Shown here piece after piece: positions 53,170 through 64,000 of a stretch of 64,000 bases of DNA. Below the pieces are notes generated by a model. It saw only the letters and a program-made list of their open reading frames with translations, had not been told where the DNA came from and did not search any database. The first letter of the stretch is position 1, and each line of letters starts with the position of its first letter. The position numbers and the translations under genes are program-made. The stretch is from Octopus vulgaris (Eukaryota): the NCBI GenBank assembly GCA_951406725.2, contig OX597825.1, forward strand, positions 25,730,001 through 25,794,000, given 5' to 3'.

Positions 53170-53870
53170 ATCTTCACGCTTTCCCAGACTCTACTGCCCT
53201 TACAGAGTCGGGGTTAATGCTTCACCTTTCACACTCAAGTGGGTACCCGCAACCTATTGCGTATATTTTGCTTTCTGCATTTCTGCCATGAACTCGTTTC
53301 TCCGCTGATCAAATACTTTTTCTTAACGACAGATCGAGAACGACAGATCGAGAAATTAATTTTTTGTAACTAAGCACTTTCAAACTTCGGACACTGGTAG
53401 AATGTGTCATATAAAACATCTTTTACTCTTAGTGTTGTTGAGAAAAAGTAATTTTTTTCAGCTGAATACACGTCATTGATTGGTTGAAATTACCGAAATA
53501 CGACAATTTTAACACGAAATAACTTTGAAAATAATAACACATTCTACCAGCGTCCGAAGTTTGAAAGTGTTTAGTTACAAAAGATTAATTTCTCGATCTA
53601 CCGTTCAAAGGGTAAAGATCCTTCTTAATATTTTCCGGTATGGCACCAGTCATCTTCAATATCCACAATATCAGCTTTTTACAATGGGATTGCTTAAATT
53701 CTTGAACCTTTCTCGGTATCTAATACCTCTCCTTCAGAAGGGATGCATATCTGTATGACATTCTGGTCGGGAATTCCTTCGTTCACCGCCACATCCAACA
53801 CAGAAATTCAACTCCCATACCCATACTTATTCTTTCAACTCCCAAACAGCATTATTTATCGCCTTTCAAT
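53170..53870 (-). mobile_element. Possible highly decayed RLE-type (R4/Dong-like) LINE 3' end, interrupted by a MITE
   Basis: Minus-strand fragments VLDVAV...PDQNV...MTGAIPENIKKDL and EMQKA resemble the RLE C-terminus; very degraded. Confidence 0.35.
53325..53615. mobile_element. MITE with ~70-bp terminal inverted repeats
   Basis: AGATCGAGAAATTAATTTTTTGTAACTAAGCACTTTCAAACTTCGGACACTGGTAGAATGTGT and its complement at ~53534-53605. Confidence 0.85.
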
Positions 53871-54699
53871 TCATGTAGGCTACACAGTGATGTAGCAACA
53901 GAAATATTTAACTGTTCCTTATTTGTACTTCTCTCTCCTTTAATATTTAATTTCTAGCTTTTATGTTTTAGCTTTAGCTTATTCTTTTATGATAATTTAT
54001 TACTTATTTTCTCAGTCGGTTATATCTTACCAGAATTACGTGGACGTCTAAACTGCGAGAACAATTGAATAAATACATTTACTTCAACCTGAGAACAGAG
54101 CAAACTATAAACGTACGCCTCAGTTCACTGTGATTCTCTTTCGCCATAATCACTTCACAATCTTATATGTAGGGAATTTTAAGAATATTCCAGACCTATA
54201 TCATGTGAAAACCGCATGTTTGTGTTTATATGCATATATCTATGAATCAGAATAACACATATCTCCTAGTGTAAGCGCATGTGTCTGAAAATCCGCATGT
54301 CTGTATGCCTGTAAATAAAGATATTTATGAATGCGTATTTATTATTAAGACTACTCACCACTCTATAGGGTATTAAGATAAGATATTAAACGTATGAGGT
54401 CTCATATTTTAGCTCTCTATTAGCTAATTAACTGTTTCATAATTTGTACAGAAATGTTTCTATTACAGTGAACATAATAGACTACTGGTGTCTATTATGT
54501 TCACCATTGAACTGCTGCTCAACAACATACAGCAGTCATTCAACTGCTAGTATCCTCACATGACAATCGCTGACTTATAGCAACGGAGATTTTCTTAATC
54601 ATCCAATGAACTGTAACCTTGTACATCAGTTATCGTTTCCACGAGACGCACATCAACCAAAATATGACCGATGAGTCGTGCTTTTAAGTTTATGAAATA

Positions 54700-55008
54700 T
54701 TCCTTTCTACTCTACGTACAACGCAACTGTTACTTAATTTATCGACCCCAAAAGGATGAAAACGTAAAGACAGACGAAATACCTATTTCTTTACTACCCA
54801 CAAGGGGCTAAACACAGAGGGGACAAACAAGGACACACAAACGGATTAAGTCGATTATATCGACCCCAATGCGTAACTGGTACTTATTTAATCGACGCCG
54901 AAAGGATGAAAGGCAAAGTCGACCTCGGCGGAATTTGAACTCAGACCGTAACCTCAGACTACGCATTTCGCCCGGCGTTCTAACGTTTCTGCCAGCTCGC
55001 CGCCTTTG
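54700..55008 (-). mobile_element. SINE family B dimer
   Basis: Full copy followed by the same tail-to-internal junction as at 51.4 kb (plus strand AGACGAAATACCTATTTCTTTACTACCC, ~54772-54799). Confidence 0.85.
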
Positions 55009-57775
55009 GGTTTATGAAATATTGAATAATGTATTTCTGAGTCAAAAACTGTTAAATCAGTACATGTAAATACATTCATGAAATAGCATTTTTCAAAAGT
55101 ACACAAATGTTTATAACAAGCATAGCCGCGAAACCACCAGCCGTAAAACATATTCTACATTTATGTGTGGTATATTTATATATTATTACCAAATGCTTCA
55201 AGGCAATATCAGAAATATAAACTTTTTCCCCTCATATTCAAATGAGTGTGAACACTATAATATCTTGTTTACCGACAATGGGGTATATCTGTTTACATTA
55301 AAAATCTATCTTCAGCGAAATATTAAATCAGTTTGGCAGCGTGGTGGTTTCAACAGCCGTTTATGATGTTTTAAAAATTGGACTTCCATTGAAGTAGCTA
55401 GAAAATCGTTCAAGTCTTCTACATGCTATTTGAACTTAAAGATGTTTACAATGAACCGAAACAATCGAAGGAGATCAAAATAAAATTCAGAAATCTCATA
55501 ATTAGTATTGATTAAGGGAATACTCTACAACGAAGACCCTCCTTATCGCTAGTAACTTAGCAGCAAAACCTACTTACATTTAAAGAGAGTAAAGATACCT
55601 GCATTTATTTGGAAAATTGATAAATTAAACATCAATAACTGTTGTCTACTTGCGAAAGGAGCTGTATTCATCATATAGAATTATTTCTGAATTCTGTCTG
55701 ATTTTATTATCCGACGATTGGATTACATCAGTTGCTAGTACTATACTGTGTTTATCAGGATATTCAAGACAATATCGAAAATAAAGTTATCTTTATGTTA
55801 TCACATTCATCAAGTATGAAGTTTAAAGTTTTCATTAATATGATTTGCATTTAAAACATAGAAGAAATAAAGAAAACATAATCCGTTATGAAATATTTTA
55901 TTTTTAAAAAATGTGGTACATATTGTTCTTGCATAAAAGATATCAGCACACTGAAGCTCTAACTTATCGTTCTACCTATCAAAAACATCCAAATATCTCT
56001 CAGATCACTCACTACACACTCATATAAAGAGACGATATATCAGATAATTCAGTTATGGGTAACTCTAAACAGGTTTTATTGTTCTTGTTAGGAAGCTTTC
56101 AATTATAAATTGTTCATTACAGCGAAACAAAAAATGAAAGAAAATGTAGCATTGAAATTCTGAGAATTTAAAGCAATTTACTCCGCCAGCCGTAGCGTTT
56201 TAATTTACTCTGATAAAGCATTTGCAAAATGTAAACAAATAACATCCTCCACTAATCCACGTTCTTTGAAGTAAAAATAAAAACGATTATGACAGGTATT
56301 GCTGTTATTCATTACAATTACATGTAGAATAACTAAATGTTTGTCCTTACCCATTCTTTAAGCACGAAGTGTAGAGAGCTGGTGAGAATCCCATCGTTTA
56401 TTTTCTGTTCGTATTTTAGTTTCCCTTCCTGCATGTCATTGTAAAGACGTTTATAAAAATATTCCATTTTAATGTCTAATAAATTACCCTGTAGTATGTA
56501 TTTAATGAAGGAGAAGCCTTTTTAATCTTCCAAGCAAATATTTTACTATTTCTCTTTCTCTTATCTAAAAGAAATACAAAATGAATGAAGAAAAAAAATA
56601 ACAATAAAAGAGAAAAGAAAATGTTTTATCATATTCAGCAAATTCTAAATCTTATTTGAAGAAAAAATATACCAAAAAAAAAACACCCCGAAAAATCTTG
56701 TGTAATATTATTTTCCATGTTGTGAAACACTAACTAAAAATATTTTAAAAGAATCCTCAAGAAGATTATATTGATGCGCTAAAAGCAACAAGAATTCCTA
56801 TAACTGCTTACAACAGCAACACACACTAAAAAAGAAAATGAATGACGAATTTTACGTATATATGTTTATAATTACTGCAGAATGGTTAAGGCATCAGATG
56901 AAATGTCTTGCGGTATTTGTTTTGGGTTTTAAATTCTGAGTTCAAATCTTAAAGAAGTCGTTTTTGCCGTAAATTCTTCGAGAATTGATTAAAAATACTA
57001 ATGAAGTACTAAAGACAATTTAACCCATTATCCCTTTCCCCAAATTTGTGCAAATGTATGTATCTCTGTTGAAAGATGTTAATTAAGACTGGATTGGTGC
57101 AATCGTAAGAGCGTGTCGCAAGCTGACTCTGAGAAACTGAAAGTTAACCGAATTAGCTAGAAAACTGTGTAAATCTTTAACTTAAAATTCGGTGATAAAG
57201 GAATTTACAGGCAAATTGAACATTAGAAGCTACGTCGAAATGAAATTTAAACTTAATTTCACAAATAATAAAATATTGATGCAGGAATTGCTGGAATAAA
57301 ATTCATTCGAACCAGAAAGAGCTTCGTTTATGTAAGAAACTTAGTTTATAGGAAGTTGATGGCAAACTGTGTTCCATCTGTTCCAACTCTTTTCATTCTG
57401 GGTTAAAATCCTGTCGAGATCAACTTAGCCTTTCATTCCTCCAAGATCGAAAAATTAAAGGACTAATCAAGTAGTTGATTAGCTTAAATAGGCAACGGCC
57501 TGATGACCTGGCACTAAATTTCGGAGGATAATTGGTGCTGAATTGGCTAAGTCATTACAATGTTGGAATAAAACGTTATTTGATTTTTCTTCTGGTTCAT
57601 TTCGTTTCCAGTTCATATTTCACAGTCGTCCTTTGGAAGCCGACAAATGGAAGCAATAGAAAAGTGCTGGAGTCAATATAAACATATTATGCTTCGAATG
57701 AAATTATAATTGTGCCTAAAATGTGAAAAAGTATTGCAGAATCATCATAACAGGAGACAAAAAATGTTGCATACA

Positions 57776-57948
57776 GTAGCTGTGGGGTAAGAAGCTTGCC
57801 TCCCAAATGCATAGTTCGGGTGGAAGTCCCACTGTGTAGCATCCTGGACATGTGCCTTGTACTACTATAGTCTTGGGCCGTTCGAAAGCTTGTGAGTGGA
57901 TTTGGTAGACGGAAACTGAAAGAAGCCCGTCGTATATATATATATGTC

Positions 57949-57970
<22 letters not shown>
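57776..57970 (+). mobile_element. SINE family A, 5' half
   Basis: ...TTGTGAGTGGATTTGGTAGACGGAAACTGAAAGAAGCCCGTCG followed by TA/TG. Confidence 0.8.
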
Positions 57971-57981
<11 letters not shown>

Positions 57982-58552
57982 TATATATATAGAGGTAGAT
58001 GTGTGTGTGGATTGAAAATCATCATAAGGTAAATACACACACATGTAGAAATTTTTCACTTCAACAACTCATAAATCCCTCTTTTGTATCTTTTTAGATT
58101 TAACTCGTTATAATAATTGAAAGTACCAGATTAAGCTTGAGCAAATGAAATCTATTCCTAAAGAGGTATGGGAAATTTAAAGACAATTTAGGAGGAAAAA
58201 ATTTAAAAAATCCACTTATGCAAGTGCGACTTGCATAGGGATAAGTTTGAAGCAGATGAAACTATTTAGATTGTTATTGAGAAAAGTTCTGAATAACTGC
58301 GGGTATCAAAATGTTCCGCAAATTAAGAAATGAATTTCGGAATGCTTTGCTAGTGTTCAAGAAAATCTGTGTAGAACGGTCGCAACTTTAGGGAGAGCAT
58401 GTCTGTTTAAAAATGTCTAGTTTACTTAGTTGCCTGAAATAAGTTCTTATTTAACTGTAGGTTAAACTTCTTTGAACAAACTTTATGATAAAGCATTATA
58501 AAAATTTCCATTCGATTTTTCCCAGCACTATCTAGGTTTATATCATTCAGTA

Positions 58553-58757
58553 GATCCACTCAGCTGGCAAAAATGAGTAGTATCTGTATTTCAAAGGGCC
58601 AGCTTTGTCACACTCTGTGTCACGCTGAATCTCCTCGAGAGCTACGTTAAACGTACACATGTCTATGGAGTGCTCAGCCACTTGCACGTTAATTTCACGA
58701 GCAGGCTGTTCCGTCGATTGGATCAACTGGAGCCCTCGTCGTAACCGACAGAGTACC
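58553..58757 (+). mobile_element. SINE family D, 3' part
   Basis: CACTCAGCTGGCAAAAATGAGT...GGAGTGCTCAGCCACTTGCACGTTAATTTCACGAGCAGGC. Confidence 0.85.
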
Positions 58758-59348
58758 AGTTTATTATTTATTGTTTGAGCAGGATGAATATATTTTAACG
58801 AATAATTTGTAGATTTTCCTCGCAGAACAACCAACCCTACGAGAGCTCATTCGCTTGTTAGAAGAAAAAAGATATTGGAGAATTAAAGAAAGTATGACAA
58901 AATGATGGTATTAAAGCAATATGCAAAGAAATGGCTTCCAAATGCTGCTCGAAATATGTTTAGAATTTCACACACCATAGGGAAACGCGTTAGCTTTTCA
59001 GAAACCTCTGTACTTGGAATTCTAAATAGTAAAGCAAATGAAATGAAAATAATATTTACATAAATAATCAATCTAGAATTATCTTCGTAAACTAGCGGAG
59101 TCAATTGAATCTTAGTTTAAGAAAATTACTTCCTTTTGTCGGATATAATTGCCATGAATGTTTTAACGGAAGAAATCATCCATATCACGTATATTCTTTG
59201 ATAACAATTTATTTATTCATTTATTCTCTGATTAATTGTCTGAAGTGTTCCCCCCAAAATTATAATCTATCAAAATGAATATTTTATAGAATGCTGCGAT
59301 TATAGAACAGAGTCAGCAACTAAGTTAATATGAAATTTTCTTGAAAGA

Positions 59349-59394
<46 letters not shown>

Positions 59395-59926
59395 AGAACA
59401 CACAGATGCACATACACACATATAGAGTATACTGCGTGTAGAGGTAAGAAGTCCATGGATCAAATCAGGGCGTAATGCACGCATTATATCGAGTGTATAT
59501 GGTTCTCAGTAACCAAAGGCGCTGTTGATAGCTTATCCGTTTCCCGGTTCTTGTTGAGATAATGGCCGTACTCCGATCTCCCCAGCGACAATTATAAGCA
59601 CATACCCATGCACTGAAACCACCACATACCCCTGTGTACGCGCACTATACACGAGTCATTTCCATATGCACGCAGAAATATGTCTACACGAACACATCCC
59701 CAGTCATTTGGACGTTCTGTATAAATTCACACGGACACATATTCACAAGCAGTCACACTATAAACAAAAGCAAAAAGCGGATTAAGGACATAGAACCACA
59801 TTGATCGCACAAGAGCATCATATATCGACATAAACGCTTCTACTCACATATCGCATCAAAAAGACGTTATTTATAACTTCACACGTGCGCATAATTGCAC
59901 ACAGGCACAGACGTAACCATATAGGA

Positions 59927-60194
59927 GCACTCCGTCGGTTACGACGACGAGGGTTCCAGCTGATACGATCAACGGAAAAGCTTGTTCGTGAAATTAACGT
60001 GCAAGTGGCTGAGCACTCCACAGACATGTGTACCCTTTACGTAGTTCTCCGGTATCACTCATTTTTGCCAGGTGAGTGGACTAGAGCAACATGAAATAAA
60101 GTGTCTTGCTCAAGGACACAACGCGTCGCCGGGAATTGAACTCACGACCTTACGATTGTAAGCCGAATGTCCTAACCATTAAGCCACGCGCCTT
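59927..60194 (-). mobile_element. SINE family D with internal deletion
   Basis: Minus-strand tRNA head GGCGCGTGGCTTAATGGTTAGG...GAGTTCAATTCCCGG, and the tail shared with family C. Confidence 0.85.
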
Positions 60195-60234
60195 CTGTCA
60201 CTATATACTAACAACTAATACAAACTGAGAAAAG

Positions 60235-60458
60235 ATATTGGTATCAAATTCTTGCATGAGGTCAGCACATTCGGGGGGCGGGGGATCGAGCCGATTACAT
60301 CGACCCTAGTACTCAGCTGGTACATATTTTATCGACCTCAAAAGGATGAAAAGCAAAGTGAGCCCCGGCAGAATTTGAACTCAGAACGTGAAGGCGGACG
60401 AAGTGTTGCTAGACATTCTGCTCGGCGTGCTAATGCTTCTGCAACCTCGCCCCCTTAA
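60235..60458 (-). mobile_element. SINE family B, older-tail subtype
   Basis: Family B central domain and B-box on the minus strand. Confidence 0.8.
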
Positions 60459-61028
60459 AGTGATAAAAGATATCAGGCCACGCCGACTACACACATGCAC
60501 GAATGCAAAAGATACACACATATATCCTCACTACCACGCACAAACAATGACTACACACACGCACGGACACACTTATCTATTTACATATATAAATTAAATT
60601 AGGCACAAAAATCATCATTGATAACAAACCCTTCAGCATTTCCTCGCCAATACATACTGCAAACGTTTATGTATCACACGCTAAAATACAAACAAAGGAC
60701 TACATCACACATATATCCAGCGCTCGAACAGAGATACACACGCAAGAAAAGATAGACTCACACAAGTAGCAGTTCGACTATCTTAAACTCACCTTAACAA
60801 CTACCTTGTAACGAACACACAGACACTAAAACATGTTTGCACACAAATTCTCTCTCTCTCTCTCTCTCTCTCTTTTTCGCTTTCTGTCTCCTCTTTCTCA
60901 CTCTCATTTTCGCTCTTTCTCTGTCGTTCCCGCTCTCTCACTCTCTGTATGTTTCTCTCCCACACAGAAATCACCAAATGGCAGCGAAATCTATGTCTCT
61001 TGTGACTTTATTATCATATCTCCGTTTT

Positions 61029-61950
61029 AAGGTGGCAAGCTGGCAGAATCATTGGCACGCTGCTCAAAATACCTAGCGGCATTTCGTTATCTTACGCTGT
61101 GGGTTCGAATTCTACTGTGGTCGACTTTACATTTCATCCTTCCGAAATCGATAAAATAAGCGCCGGTTGAGAAACAGGGGCCGGTGAAATCGACTTGCTC
61201 CCTCCCTCTAAATTACTGGCCTTGTTCCGCAATTTGAAATCAATATTTTACGTCCGTTATAGAACCGTGACCTGACAGAATAGTTAGCACGCCGGCAAAA
61301 ATGGTTGGCGGCATTTTTCCCGTAATTACATTCTAAGTTCAAATTTCACCGAAGTCGACTTTGCTTTTCATCCTTTCGGGGTCGAGAAAATAAGTACCAG
61401 CTGAACGCTAGAGTCGATGAAATCGACTTACCCATCCAGCGAAATTGCTGGCCCAGCGCCAAAATAAGAAACCAGTATTATATTTCCCTGGCAGAATCGG
61501 TAGCACGCTGGGCGAAATGCTGAGCGGTATTTCGTCTGCCGCTACGTTCTGAGTTCAAATTCCGCCGAGGTCGACTTTGCCTTTCATCCTTTCGGGGTCG
61601 ATTAAATAAGTACCAGTTACGCACTGGGGTCGAATTATCGACTTAACCCGTTTGTCTGTCCTTATTTGTCCTCTCTGTGTTTAGCCCCTTGTGAGTAGTA
61701 AAGAAATAAGTATTATATTTCCCTTATAAGGCAACGAACTGGCAGAATTGTTAGCAAGCCGGACTAAATGCTTAGCGACGTTTTGTCCGTCTTTACGTTC
61801 TGTTGCGGTCGATTCTGCTGAGATTGATTTTGTCTTTCATCCTTTCGGTGTCGATAAAATGAGTACCAGCTGAGCACTGGTGTCGACGTAATAAACATAC
61901 CCCTACCCCCGAAATTACTAGTCTTGCGTCAACATTCGAAACTAAAATCA
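61029..61950 (+). mobile_element. Head-to-tail cluster of four family B SINEs
   Basis: Copies at ~61029-61245, 61258-61478, 61488-61708 and 61728-61950; the third has TSD AGTATTATATTTCCCT (61474-61489 / 61709-61724). Confidence 0.88.
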
Positions 61951-62044
61951 TTCCTGCGTTAATAAGTCGTTCTATATCTCCCATTTTTAAAATTTCTTTG
62001 TCTATGGTTTTGCACATACGCGTACGCACACATATTCACAAATA

Positions 62045-63240
62045 CTTTCGTTGGGTGGTTTCACTCCTTAGATATGGAGCAGTGGTAATGCCATGGACAG
62101 TAAAGGAACTAAACAGCTTAAAATGAAGGAAGCTGCTGACTAGATATGTGATACTCGACCCAAAATGTGACACAGACAGACAGTATGTACCAAGAAAAAG
62201 AGGGGAAGTGAACTGATTGGATGCGAACAGAGCATCCAATCAGTGTTAGAGCATGGATCATAGCATGGTGTATAAAAAAATGTCACAGAACCACAATTAT
62301 TGGAAGTAAGAAGCTCATGTTTCTGTAGGATGAAAGTTTGCAAAGATAAAGCACTGTACAAGCAGTTGAGAATGAATAAAACTGAAAACAGGTGGATAAA
62401 GAAAAGAATGCATGAACAATTTCATAGGGATGTTGAAGATAAGAAGACAGACAGAGAAACAAAGATTGCTATGGATGACTAAGAGTGATTTAAAACCGGA
62501 AACAGAGGTTCTAATCTGTGCTGTCCAAGAGCAAGCATTAAGAACGAATTACATCAAATATAGAATAGACAACACACCAGAAAGTGATAAGTGCAGAATT
62601 TGCAGACAAAAAGGTGAAACAGTATGGCATATTACCAGTCAATGTACGCCAAACCCCAGAAAGAATATAAGAGACGTTATGGCAATATAGCAAGGATTGT
62701 CCTTTGGACACTTAGCAACAAGTATTGACTTGACAGAGCAAAACAGTGGTACGAACATAAACCCGAGGGCATCATCGAAAATGATAATGCAGAGATCCTA
62801 TAGGATTTTATGATTCAGAGCAACCATGAGATAGAGAATAAGAAGCTAGACATATTGTTCATTGAGAAAGAAAGGAAATGATGCTGGATCATAGATATAG
62901 CATGCCCAGCTAACAACAAGGTGTGCGATAAGGAGGAAAGCAAAGTCGTTAGATATGACAGGTTAGCTTAGGAGGTTAAGCAGGTGTGGTCGGTGAAAAA
63001 GGTGGTAATAGTACCAAAAATTGTCGGAGCCCTGAGAACAGCGAGTAAAAGTTTTCAGAAGTACGTAGAATAAATAGGGGTTGCAATGAGGGTGGAACAC
63101 TTGCAGAAAACAGTGCTGATTGGAACGGCTCCAATACTGCGGAAATACCGCGCGAAAAGTGAAGGGTGTTGCCTTAATTCACCGGTAGTGAACCTCTGGC
63201 ACTGTAGTACATCTCTAGCGATAGAAGCTGTGCAAAGACA
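62045..63240 (+). mobile_element. R4/Dong-clade LINE 3' half (post-RT, zinc knuckle, RLE endonuclease), pseudogenised
   Basis: PKCDTDRQYVPRK; MHEQF; LKPETEVLICAVQEQALRTNY; CRICRQKGETVWHITSQC; WYEHKPEGIIEN; IIDIACP; LQKTVLIGTAPILRK; ends in (TAAA)n/(TAA)n. Confidence 0.9.
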
Positions 63241-63270
63241 ATAAATAAATAAATAAATAAATAAATGATG

Positions 63271-63320
<50 letters not shown>

Positions 63321-64000
63321 ACTACTACTACTACTACTACTAATAATAATAATAATAGTAGCACTAATTATAAATATACTAATTTGAACCTTGTACACTG
63401 GCATATTTTTAGTGAAGTGATTATTGGAAAGTTGCGATATGCATAATTTTCAAGTTTTGATAATACTAGGGGGTGCAGCATAAGCGAATTCATTGAGTAA
63501 CGAACCCGTATTGGAAACTGAAACATTCGGTAAATTATATATTCCTTGATATAGCTTGCGACGATATTTGCTTTCAATTCCCGACATATAAATGACATTA
63601 AAATGAAAATACAACTCTCTGCACAAAAGAATATATATTTAAATATTAAAAAAAAAATTAGTTCTAAAAAGGTCACCAATGTTTTATTTCCCATGATTTT
63701 ATGTCAATAACATTCAAAAGACTACCACTGAAATATACTTAAAACAAATAACAGGATAAATAATTAAATAAATGCATAAATCTATAAAATCCGTTACATT
63801 CAACGCTTCTGGCATGTATTCAAATGAAATTCAAGGATATCATTCAATATAAATGGCGTTCACAAAGAAAGCAGCTTCATTGTAACAAATATCGAAAACC
63901 CATCGCTTCGTTGCATTGCATACGTATTTGGTTGTTATTTAATCACCACCTTTAAACTTAAACATCTGAAATATCACTCTGATTTGAGACATGCATTACA

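Noticed and set aside
56485-56494. TACCCTGTAG matching the 5' end of miR-10
   Set aside because: Only 10 nt match; the rest of the mature sequence and a precursor hairpin are absent

Overview
AT-rich, microsatellite-saturated eukaryotic DNA with no recognisable host protein-coding exon. The SINE and LINE content suggests a coleoid cephalopod, probably Octopus (inference). Almost all listed ORFs are translations of (TA)n, (CA)n, (TATC)n or trinucleotide repeats, or of SINEs. Recognisable content: many tRNA-derived SINEs in several families (local labels A-D); decayed LINE fragments of the L1/Tx1, RTE/BovB-like and R4/Dong types; a Penelope-like (Naiad-type) RT-GIY-YIG element; two mariner relics; MITEs; and a tRNA-Arg pseudogene. 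The most interesting signal is a non-coding ~560-bp unit present at two loci (8.3-9.9 kb and 43.2-44.0 kb). It occurs as tandem, circularly permuted copies at (TA)n tracts. Each unit carries a type I hammerhead ribozyme-like motif with an atypical core and a palindromic stem III. By eye the unit folds extensively, with a compensatory base-pair change between the loci. It is a candidate large retrozyme (self-cleaving, circRNA-forming, Penelope-dependent retroelement). One insertion has a 372-bp inverted arm; the other is flanked by a ~140-bp duplication of its target.
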